DNA of 64,000 nucleotides from Ostrea edulis (lineage: Eukaryota): positions 69,998,001 through 70,062,000 of the forward strand of contig NC_079167.1 in the NCBI RefSeq assembly GCF_947568905.1, in the 5' to 3' direction. Below are positions 1 through 11,246 of the stretch, one piece after another (within the stretch, counting starts at the first letter, position 1; every line of letters begins with the position of its first letter). Both the position numbers and the translations under genes were made by a program. The notes under the pieces were generated by a model. The model made no database searches. It saw only the letters and a program-made list of their open reading frames with translations, and was not told the DNA's origin.

Positions 1-400
1 CAATTGAACATCTTTCTTCTTTTTCATAACTACCATTCCAATTCTTTTCAAATTTGGTATGAAGCATCTATATATGGGACAAGGGGGACATCAATTATAA
101 ATTTCAGGACTCCTCCACCCTTACGGCCCTAGGGGTGGGGCAAAAACTGCTCAATATCGACCAATTTTCAAAAATCTTCTTCTCTAGAACCGCACATCTA
201 AAAATCTAAATGCATAGTGATGTAGAGCAGGAGGGCCTCTACCAAAATGTAAATTTCATGATCCCCAAGGTAGGGGTTCTGACCCCAGGGTGGGGCCAAA
301 CGTAGTATATAGTATTTATGTGTAAATTTGCTGATACTGTATAAAATCTAAATGCATACATAGAAATAGCAGAAAAGGATGTACGAAAAATGGTACATGA
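1..400. repeat. Fragment of a dispersed repeat family (non-autonomous Helitron/Helentron-like, uncertain); window starts inside it
   Basis: 1-200 (taccattccaattcttttcaaatttggtatgaagcatc...gggacaagggggac...gaccaattttcaaaaatcttc) is clearly similar to 41170-41345. The right boundary is approximate and the superfamily is inferred. Confidence 0.6.
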
Positions 401-607
401 TTCCATGGTTTTAATATCCCCCAGATAAAACTACTCTGAGCTATAATGGCGTCTGGTATTGTCTTTTTTCCATAAACATATATCTAAGTGGTATCCCAGT
501 GTCTATTTCTAACTATACATTGAAACGTTCAACATTAAACAACAGTTTATTTGCAAAAAAGAAACTTTTTGAGTTGAACAATGACAAGAAACCAAGAATT
601 CTTTAAA

Positions 608-3600
608 TCAATTTTTATGATGTTTTACAGCTTCTATTTCGAAAGCGAGGTTGTCTTTGGCGGAGTCGGCAACACCGTTCATGTGAATGCCTTCACTTTG
701 TTTCGTAAGCTTCCCATGTCTCTCCAATACTCTGTCTAAGATTTCTAAGACTGCAGATTTTGGAGTGAGGCCGATTCGGAAGAACCCCAGTTTCCCATTG
801 TCTATTTCGCGACAATCAACAACCGTAGAAATGGCGTTTTCCATCGAAGGTCCGTCACATAAAATACCATCACACTGAAATAGGAAGTAATGATTCAAAA
901 TTTATGACTCCTTGAATCGTAATCACATTCAACCATGAAATATATCCATGAATTCTTAATTGTACATATACAAGAATTTCTATTGGAGGGTCCTGATATT
1001 GACTTCATGGTTCCAGAAAACTATTAACTATATATGTTATCCATAGGATATGCATAAATCACGTCAAAATGTTTGCCATTCCTCAAACTGTCATATGTTA
1101 ATGTGAGTATTATTGTTTTCTGAATCTTGATTAGGCCAATTCAACTTAATTAGTATATTATCATCCAGGGTCAGCAAAACGTATGGGGCGGGTGGGAGGA
1201 TTTTATTTTTTAATTTCTATTTTCTGAGGAAAATATTAATGACAAACAAGTTTTTGTCAATGCCAGATGGATATCAATCTATGCTTATTTCACAGACAAA
1301 TTCCAGGTTAAGCTTAAATTTCAAACACAGAAAGACACCAAACTTCTTCAAGATATGAAGAACATTAATCCCTTCCTTTCATTTACGCCCGTAAGAACGT
1401 GAGAAATTAAGAAAACCACATCTATTTTCTTAACGTGGTTGTTCACGTTGCTATACTGGAAATGCAAACAAGAAGTGTAAATACCAGAGTCGGATATGAA
1501 AATTTTCTGGAAATCGCAAGTTTCGCTAAATAAAAAAATTGGGACGGACCGGGATGATAATCTATCAATTAAGATGAATTGGCCTTACTGATCGTTTACT
1601 TGAACACGGTTCACATATGTGCTTCTAGATTATGAACCGTCACAAACTAACGTGTAACGGGACTGATGCCCCAACAGGTTCATCCATACGACTTTATGTC
1701 AATTGTGAACATATAATGTGCCGTAATTACGAGGTTATCGTCACAAAATTTATTTAATGTTCATGGCCCAGGCACGAAATTATTTCTTCCAGTAATGTAA
1801 AAACAGCGATGGGATCACGCTCGTCCTTCAGTAACCGGAAATTTTCAAGAGTTTTTCACTTTTCTGTCGAGACCGTTACCAGCTTTAACGAGAAAAATAT
1901 TAGCGTCAATTAAACATTAAAAAATTTCACGTGTGATACTGTATAATGATAAAAAAAAAAATAATAACGTGAAAACAGTAGAACTAACAAACGCGAACAT
2001 GTCCAAGATTCCTGTGATGCGTGACGTTATAACGTTAGGCATATTTTACAGTATATATATGGTTTGCTAAATCAGAGAAACAGATGGACAAGACAGTTTA
2101 ATACTATGCTAGGCGAAAAAGGTTTTACCGCGGGGCATTTGATTGTAGTGGGTTTGCAGTACACGTTCAAACGTACCATTTCGGTTCCAAGCTTTGCCAA
2201 AACTTGGAGGTGATGGGTGGTGTCCCCTTCCCCCGTGGGATTTGCTGACGTAACAGTCACGGGACCACACTGATCTATGAGGTGACAGGTAATTGTACTA
2301 TCTGGGATTCGAATAGCAACGCTGTCTGGACGACCAACAAACCTCTCCGATTCTTCAAGTCCTAAATATTTCACCCATTCACCTGAGAACAAAACCCAAA
2401 GTAATTGAATATAAAGTGAAACATTGTATATTAAATGTTACACATGATGCACACACTTTCTATCATCAGACATCTTTTTTCATTTTCTGAAGAAGAAAAT
2501 CAGGAAGTAAAGCTACCTCTTTTCACAACAGCAGAAACATTTGACGGCCAGATTTCGTGCAGAAAATCCCAAAGAAGGGGTCCAAACTCTTGACGAGCTG
2601 CTTCTATTTGCCGGAAGTTAGATATCCACACCGACATGGGACGGTCCTCTGCCTGCTTTTTTGTCTTGTATGCTCTCTGTAAATGTTTTTAATCTGATAT
2701 TTTACATACTTATTCCTCGTAATTTCATACACTGAGAGGGAATATGTGAATATTGAAAGAATAATACTGTATGGTTTAAATGTGCCTTAGAGGAAAAGAT
2801 CACTGATGTGTTTTATGTCTGTGTTTGTTGTTTTACATCCTATTCGAGTATTACTCATTCGTGTAGATACGTCACCAGTACGATGAAGTGCCACAAATTT
2901 TGACTTATGCATACTGATTCTTTATCGTGCCAACGCCTACCATGACACAGGACCTCCATTTTAAGGTCATATCCAGAAGACTTTCACTTCTTATGGCGCA
3001 CGGTGAAGGAACAGTCACTACTTGTGTTAACCATTTGACGCGGCACTGGTATCGGCTCTTGAGAATAGGACCCGCAAAGCGAGCACCCATCCTATTCACT
3101 TAGCTACCACGGCCGCAAGCAACATACCTCTACAGCTTTTGGATGGTTGCAGCAAGCCACCAGAACGTATACTACATCTGAAGGAATTCCACAAATGCCA
3201 CCAGTCTTCAGCATCTCTGTGATAGGGATTAGAAAATATTACGTTTTGGTTAAGTGTAAAATATACCAAGATATAAATATGATGTTTTATAGTTTGTTAA
3301 TGGTAAGATATTTGACATTTATCCCGAAGACGAAAACTCACCAGCTATTTGTTTAACACCACTCGATTTACGGGAAGATGCCCACAGCATTTGATCCTTA
3401 CATTTACTTATTTGACTGATTTGCAGAAGAGGTCTTCCTAATGGTAATATATCTCTTCCGCAGGTCAATTTCACAGTGTAAGACAGAAAAGTGTAAAGCA
3501 GTGCCAATGACAACAAAACTGCAAATATTTTCTCAGCAATGTATCCATCAGATACCCCGAATAGTTTTAGAATTATAGTTATTATAAACAAAACAAAACA

Positions 3601-5714
3601 TGCAAATATACCCGTCCAAGCTTTGCTCACCGTTATAGACAGTCCAATGAACACTAGTCCTATCAACAGAAAGGCGCCTACTCCGATTCCAAGAGACATT
3701 CCCGAGTCAGTGACATCCAGCGCCCTCAAGCTTCCCCAGATCGACCAAAAGGAGGCAAATATTAGGAAAGATGAACTTTCAAACGTCTGACCTCGAGAGA
3801 AACCAATAAACCCCACAGCAAACTGAATACAACAACCAAAAGTTATATTCCAAGGCAACAACAGCAATGTTGTATCACTTGGAACCCAGGCAAACAAAAG
3901 GACGCTAATGAAGTTCGATAGATAACCAATCATTTCCAAGTTAGCATACCTGGAATAACCAAGCATTGTGTCCGATTCAAACACATTTTTAGAGCTGTTT
4001 TCTGTCTCAACTTTATTTTCAAAGAAAACTTTCAGACCAGAACATTTTGGACTTATCTTATCAAGAGCGTTTTGTCCAACAGGAGGCTGAATTTTGAATG
4101 AAAATGATCTTGACAACGTAGATATGTACCCATATACGTGTAAAGTGAAACAAATCCAAGTAAAAACGGCAACAGAAACCCCTCCTTCGTCATCAAAGGT
4201 TATAACTAGCACAAACATTGAAAGAAAGAAATACTGTAAGGACAATAAAACTTCGGTATAAAATAATATCAGAGCAAGTAATAGAAAAATCACCAACACT
4301 GGAATTGAAACGGCTGGAAACAGAACATTTGTATAATCTTTCAAGACGTTTATAAACATAGACCCGCCCAGTGAGCTCCAGAATAGACCATCAACTACAG
4401 CATAGTTAGATACAGTGACAGTTCCCCTTCTCAGTCCCGATAGTCCATGGACGAGGAGAAATAGACCGGATGTTAACGGCCAAACGAAACTGCGGGCAGC
4501 AACATCGGTTAATGCAATACTTCGAAAGATCCAAGGAGAAAGGGAAAGGACATTCAAAGCAAATCTAATCGTCCGTTTGTCGTCAAACTCAGTGTCATCA
4601 TTTTGTGTTTTCTGAGTATTTCTTGTAAATGATTCTAGCAGTATTTTGACACTAATATAGGAGGTAGTAAAAGAAAGTGATATAAAAAGCAAACTACGTC
4701 CTTTAAAATCTACCCACGTATTGACGATGACGCACACCGACAACAAGAATGAAAGAAGCATGAAAGCAGCCAAGTCTTTCTTGTGATTGTATGTGAGTAA
4801 ACAGACCGAGAAAATGCCGAATAAAAGTGCAACCGTTCCATGACCCGGAAGTAAAACTTCTCTTTGTGAAAACGTTTCCGCTGACGAGTTTCCTTCGGAT
4901 ATGCTTTGAATGACTTCGTTGGAAATATCTGACAGACCAACTGAGGCCCAGACAATGGAGGTAATAAAGACTGTCGTGGATGCGAGTGCTGTTTCTCTTG
5001 AAGGTTGTATGAAAACTGTGAGAAATGAAAAATTTGATGAACAAAGACTCCTTCAAAATATCGTACGATAGAAGACAGGTTTAATGACAAAATCTAAAAT
5101 AATACAGGTCTAATTACAAATATTGAATAGAATGTATCCCAATGTATGATTTCACTTAATTAAAAAAAGATATAGGGTTCAAGGAGAAGATCTTAGTAGC
5201 TTTTGCAAAGCCATTATTTTGCAATTGTTGTATGCGATAAACTCAATATTGTATTCATATTTACATTAGCGTATGTAAATAAATTTAAGATTTAGCGCAA
5301 TCGAAGCTGATTCCCTGTTTAGAATAATCATGAATTTAAGCCTGAATTTAAGCTTGTGACAGGTATAGTAAAATATCAGTCAAGCCAAGTACAAATACAG
5401 TTTTCATCATTATGTACATGTACTACGAGTAGTATTCAGACTGGTGTAATTATTTTAAAGACTGACCTAAAATCGTACATTCTTATTCATATTTATTCGT
5501 GTATATATCCTGTACCATTTATAAATGACTAGAGCTTACCGGATAGAGCCGAGAGAGCAGCAAATATCAGCGTGACGATTCCGGCTGTCAGAGTTGAAAA
5601 CAAGTACACACCTGATGATTCTAAACCTATATAATTTACCGTCTGCAGAAGAAACAAAATGCTCAGCGAGATTGAAGATAAAGCAATGCTTGACATTATT
5701 TTAATTCTGAACAT
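608..5714 (-). CDS. Gene A: multi-pass membrane protein with ~3 GPR1/FUN34/YaaH (SatP/AceTr)-like repeats fused to a degenerate C-terminal YrdC/Sua5 domain, ~856 aa
   Basis: Exons with GT-AG boundaries and consistent phases: 5714-5540, 5015-3342, 3216-3128, 2676-2517, 2382-2177, 874-608 (2571 nt = 856 aa + TGA). The start could instead be the ATG at 5696. YaaH-like segments: GCCIQFAVGFIGFSRGQTFESSSFLIFASFW and LYTFLSYTVKLTCGRDILPLG. YrdC-like segments: GGICGIPSDVVY, WPSNVSAVV, VAIRIPD, TSANPTGE, STVVDC, FFRIG. Confidence 0.88.
1134..1584. mobile_element. PIF/Harbinger (Tourist-like) MITE in the last intron of gene A
   Basis: Imperfect ~40-bp TIRs (GGCCAATTCAACTTAATT... / ...AATTAAGATGAATTGGCC) flanked by a 3-bp TTA duplication (1131-1133, 1585-1587). 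Confidence 0.75.
2840..3116 (-). mobile_element. Decayed tRNA-headed SINE in an intron of gene A
   Basis: The reverse complement aligns by eye with the SINE at 50896-51224 (gtagtgactgttcc, gatatgaccttaaa, cctgtgtcatggtaggcgttggcacgataaagaa, tggtgacgtatct). Confidence 0.7.
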
Positions 5715-6131
5715 GGATATATTAAAAATAAGATGTCAATGATTTCTTTGGGTACAGACAGTGTTATTAAGAAAAATCTAGGGGCGGAGATCTAGATATT
5801 TGTTGACCCTTTATCAGCTGACATTGCAGGCCCCACCTACCTTCGATTCCAGGTAAAGTTTCAGCTGTGTTCTATCTTCCTTGTTGATTCCATGTGATTC
5901 ATTGGTTAAAGAAGTAAAAAGGTTTCCTCGATTTAAATCTTAATATAGAAACGAAACTATGTTTAAACCTTCAACTCGTGCAGATATTGAGTCAATGAAA
6001 CATCACCGATATTGACTAGTTTAATTTGCCACCTTCATATAAAACATGTTTCTTTATTACGAGAAGCAAAGCGAATGAAGTGTATATCTAATGAACCTGC
6101 TTTGATTTAAAACACTGTAAATATTGATTCC
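5715..6131. promoter_or_regulatory. Putative bidirectional promoter of genes A and B
   Basis: Only 417 bp separate the two divergent start codons. Contains a GC box (GGGGCGGAG, ~5781) and an ISRE/IRF-like AGAAACGAAACT at 5947-5958. Confidence 0.6.
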
Positions 6132-9100
6132 ATGGAAGGGAAAGAAGCGAGCAGCGGGCGATCTGCACCTTTTGCAGCCGTCCTGTATTCCGAGCCCGGG
6201 ACTCTAGGGCTAGTGTGCAACATCATCGCGGCGTTTGTTGTTGCAGTTGGAAACATATTATATGGACTGGAAAGTGTGTCCGAATTATCTACCGTTGTTG
6301 GTGGTAAGTTTATTTTCATGATAATTATTGAAGGATTAACCTATTATAGAAAAATTATCCCAACGCTTCAATTGTTTGAAAATCTCCAATCATACAACCA
6401 GCGTAGACATTTATTCCTTATAGTTGTATTTTGTAAAATTAAAAACAAATCGATTTTTATGCCCCGAATACATTTTGATATGAAGTAACTTCAGTAAGCG
6501 TTTTTGTGACGAAAGTGTGAATTCCTTTATGAAAGTATTTATAAATTTTGGATCAGCAAAGGGTTATTATTGACAAACCATTGATGAATGTAGATGTGTC
6601 CATATATTATATGTTCAAATTTGATTATTATAATAGATACATGTAATTTCAAAATTTATTATCTGTCGTTTTTTAAAAAAATATTCTATTCTAAACGTAT
6701 TTCATGTTGTTTATGTAGGTTAATTCGTTTTCATGAGATTAAAAAAAAAATTAAAATGCATGCTGAAATAAGCGCAATATCAATATCCAGGTGTTATATT
6801 TCAGGAATTCATTTGATTTTGATTGGTGGATTCCTTCAGTTAACGGCAGGGATAATGAGTTTCCGTAGAAACGATCACTTGACCGGAACTGCTTTCACTG
6901 TTTTTGCCACACTTTGGGCATTCCAAGGAGGTGCAAATATCACAATGAAAGAAAGTACAAATGACATTACAAGATCGGTTCTTCCGGTTCTCGTTGCTTA
7001 TATTACTATTGCACTGTCCTTATTCATATGTTCCTTGTTTGTAAATTTCATTATACCGCCTGTGCTAGTTGCCATGACGTTGACCTTGACATTCGAGTCA
7101 GTAGGTCTTTTCTATGAGTGGAGTAAAAGGGTTGCTGTTGTGTTTGAACTTATAATTGTTCTAACAGCTACTTATGCGGTGGTTGTCATGGCAACTAAAG
7201 GCATCAGTCAGAGATACATATTACCAGGATTTGGTAACGCCCCCATAGATCCCCTCCTGATAAAAAGAAACGTGAAAAGGTCTAATAAAAAGGAAAAACG
7301 AAAGAACACAAAGTATGCTGAGCCTATGGGTATGGGCTACATGGGAAATGTAATACCGGCTTCCGTCATCTGTTTTCTTGGACTTGGCTACTTTCAGAAC
7401 ATGACTATTCCCATCATAGCTGTGGGATGCAACTCTCTGTTACATATCATGGCTAGTTATTATTCTTTTCTTCGCGGCGATTTCTTCAGCTCTATACAGT
7501 TCATGGCTCACTTCATTTTTTGGACCTCTAAGTCTTCTTTCTTATATATTTTGCCTGTTGATCAGATATCGTCGACTGACAGTTATTATGGTACTTGGGG
7601 TACAGTGTTAGCTTTGGCGTTTATCACAGTGTGTTCTTCTACACAACCAATTGTTGTTTTAGTTTATAATGGTCTTCTGACACTGACTGCAGTTTTGTCA
7701 GTGGAGCACATTCCCATATCAGTTCAGTCATATACCTTTGGAGTTTCTGCAATTTTGTGCTGGGTTATGGCTGTTTACATTTCCACTGCTCATCTTCTCA
7801 ATTCTTGTGCCGAGAAACCTGTCTTGTACGTTGGTCCAGAATTGGTCTCCGAAGAGCGTCTTTTCTGTTGCTGCAAAACATTAATGAAAAGGTAAGATGG
7901 TGAAAAAAAATCTGCTTTTAACTCTTCATATAAAAGTATTGTACATGTTTATTGAATAACTGATATATTTTTCAAGTTCATTCTAATCAACAGGGATGAA
8001 AGTGGTGCCCCAAGAGACGACGACGATGAAAAGAGGGATCAAATTATCAACGCTATATTTTTCCTCTGCAATATGGTTTCCGCTATCGCTTTGTCGCCAC
8101 TAGAAATAACCAATCAAAAGGCATCTCTATCGCTTCTGCTAACTACCGGAGTCCTTGGAAATCTATTGGTTGCTCGGTACTCGTACGCCAGGGGGAGCCT
8201 TTCCCGCGCCTTTGTATGTGCAACAGGTTGTGTTGTCTGGTCAGCTTGGTCACTGTATATATTAAATGGTAAGCCATCAGTTCTTACATGAACTGAGATT
8301 GTAACTACATGTATTTGTATCAAACAAAAGAAAATTGGCAACTTCCATAAAGATCTGCAAATCTGAAAATAGCATTTTCATTGGTCAGCTTTCTTTATTC
8401 ATTGGTATGTCATAAATTGTAGAAAATGATTATCCTCAGAAATTCAGATTATCCAGATCTCATTTAAGTATCTTCAATGAAATCTACTCAATTTTCCGGA
8501 CGTGCAATCATGCAAACATATAAAAACACCAAATTAATAACCTTCTCGTATGACGAGGAAATTATGCAAACTTATGAAACGTTTTGATCTTTCAGCATCA
8601 ACGGGAGTAGCCACAGACAGTGCCATAGCAATAACAGGCGTAGGACTATGTGTACTGTCTCTAGTGTTGACCATCAGTATGCCCAGGACATGGACAGTGC
8701 TGGTCATTTCTCTTCTTGTCCACTCGGTGTCTGCCGTTACAAAAGTGTACAATGCAAATACGAAGTATTATCCATTGATTTCGTCGATTCTGGTTGGTAA
8801 GTTGTTGCGTTTTAAGGAATTGAACATTATTGAAGAAAAGGAATTACGTGTAAATCCAATATTCTTGTTATTCGTTCTACATAGGTCTCGTCGGGATTTA
8901 TGGTTTTATTCTGTATCTCGGAAAAGGACTTTCTAAAGCTAGTTTACTTCCCGAGGGCAAACCTTTACTTAAGGTAAATTTAGAATCGAAAAAGTGACTA
9001 TCTCAAACAAGAATTATTTATAAATTTTACCAATATATTCTTTGTCATGAAATGATTACTACACGTGTAGTTTCATATCCCTTGTTTTTATTGTAGATGA

Positions 9101-10156
9101 GAAAATCAGAAGTATCAAGCTTGCCTTGTCCCACATTCCGATCACGTATTGCTAGTGATATGTTTAAAGCGGCAGAGGTCCTTGAAAGTGGCGAGGTCAT
9201 ATGTGTTCCTACCGATACTGTGTATGCCCTTGCTGGATCATGTAGTCAACCTGAATCCATATCAAAAATATACCACATTAAAGGGAGGCCACCCGAGAAG
9301 CCAATCTGTCTCTGCATTTCTCACCTACAGCAGCTCAGATCAGCCAATCCTCCTTTCAGGTTGTACCATAAGCAAAAGATCAATGAAAGACTATGTCAGG
9401 AAAATAATTTGTATTTATATATGGATATATATTTTTTTAGTCCATTACTGTGGAGGTTCATGGACAGGTGTTACCCAGGGGGCATCACTTGCGTTGTCAA
9501 GAAAGGCGATTGGCTGCAGAACATGGGGGTTGGTAAGGCAGTAGAGTATGTGGGTACCAAGGAGAGCGTGGCCATCCGGGTTCCCGACAGCTCCGTTCTC
9601 TCGTATCTAGTCAGCATAACAGGGCCGTTAGCCATCACCTCGGCCAACCCAAGTGGGGAACCAGACAGCACTCATCACGATACAGTTATCGATACGCTAG
9701 GTAATGTCGTCCACGACAGTTTCTTGTTGGATATCGGGGCCGTTTGAAGAGTTTAGTCAAACTTGGGGGTTCGTGATGAATATTGGAAATTCATTTGCAG
9801 CAATCAGAATGTGTGTTTGTATGTATGTAGGGCGGGGTGGGACTGCATACATGTTGATATTTTTATACTAGTATCGAGTACTTCCATATTTTAGGAAGAA
9901 AATTGGCCGGTGTGGTGTGTGATGACGAGTCCAACGAAACAGTAGCATCAACAGTTGTTAATTGTATGAAGATAGATGAAGGTAATGAAAAAAAAATATA
10001 CGATTTCTTTTCACTTTGGTGTAAATATATAACATATGTATCACTGCAATCTTGTTTTTTTTTTCAGGAGTCATTTCTTATTTCAGAGTCGGATGTGTTC
10101 CACAAGAGACCGTTGATAATTTGTTCGAGAGTGTGAAGAAAGAAATGCCGGAATAG
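6132..10156 (+). CDS. Gene B: ~3 GPR1/FUN34/YaaH (SatP/AceTr)-like repeats fused to an intact YrdC/Sua5 (threonylcarbamoyl-AMP synthase-like) domain, ~840 aa
   Basis: Nine exons, all GT-AG and phase-consistent: 6132-6303, 6805-7891, 7994-8268, 8596-8796, 8885-8973, 9097-9359, 9441-9700, 9895-9981, 10068-10156 (2523 nt). SEPGTLGL resembles the SatP ANPAPLGL motif; GGFLQLTAGIMSFRRNDHLTGTAF resembles GGIAQIFAGLLEYKKGNTFGLTAF; QRYILPG resembles GRTVLPIG. YrdC motifs: PTDTVY, KGRPPEKP, YPGGIT, VAIRVP, TSANPSG, STVV, FRVG. Confidence 0.92.
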
Positions 10157-10391
10157 TCAAATACTCCAAAACGATGTGCATGATGGGTTTGCAAGAAAGA
10201 CAGCATTAAAATATTCAACAAACCCATAGAATAAAAATTATTCTGACATGTGTCTTGTTATTCTCCTTATCCAGAATATATCTAGTGATCCGAGTTAGTA
10301 TAGAATACCACGTAGCACGTATAATTTTTTTTTTAATAATTTTTGGAATCACTAGTTCTAAAGAAATAAGCATTATTCTGTTAATTATCAA

Positions 10392-10436
<45 letters not shown>

Positions 10437-11246
10437 GAAAAAATGTCAGCAACAAAGCCTATCAACCCAGGAACTGCTGATTGATCTTAAAACACATATA
10501 ACTACACTTAAGTATACTGCAACTCAACATTGTAAATATGATGAATTTATAAATCAGTGGGATACATGGTTTTTTTTCTCTTGGACAGACTCTGATTGGC
10601 AAATACACCTATCATTATCTATATTTTACATTAAATTTTGATCTCGCTCTTTTATATCAACACAACCTAGTTATGACATCATATTACTTTCTCTCTGTCT
10701 TTCACCACCTCTTTCTGTCTATTTCCACCAATCTTTCTCTCTCCCCATTCCTCCTTTTTCTATCTCTCTCTAGCATTAATGTATGTATATGTATTTGTTT
10801 GCATTTGTACACCTATTTGTGACATAGATCTCAATAAATTTGTCATCCAAAAAAATGTAGCACGTATCCGGGTTAGAATCATAGGCGCTCTCCAGCTTAA
10901 TTGTTAAAAAATATATATATCTACTATACTATAAACATAACAAGGCGTGAAACTCGCCTCCATGTTGGATTCCGCTTAGGGGCACTTTCTGACTAGTAAC
11001 GAGAGTTTCTCGCCCAAGTCCGGCTTTTCTCAGACATCGGAGACTGTTATTTATTGAAATAAAATAAAATCAGGCTGAATCTTGCAGAATATTCGGCGCA
11101 TTCACGCGTTTTCTAACATTTTTCAGCAACACACCCTTCTTCGGCCGGAAGTTCAAAGTTTAACCGATTTTATACAACTCGATCGTCGTTGACTTCATTG
11201 ACATATCGCGCGAAACTTGACGTTTTTTCAGAGACGAAAACTCAAA

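Noticed and set aside
6594-6804. N-terminal extension of ORF 6594
   Set aside because: AT-rich intron read-through; the acceptor at 6804/6805 joins exon 1 in phase.
9360-9440. ORF 9097-9747 read straight through as coding
   Set aside because: The 81-nt segment has GT...polypyrimidine-AG ends and interrupts the YrdC fold (NPPFS|PLLW). It is treated as an intron, though retention would stay in frame.
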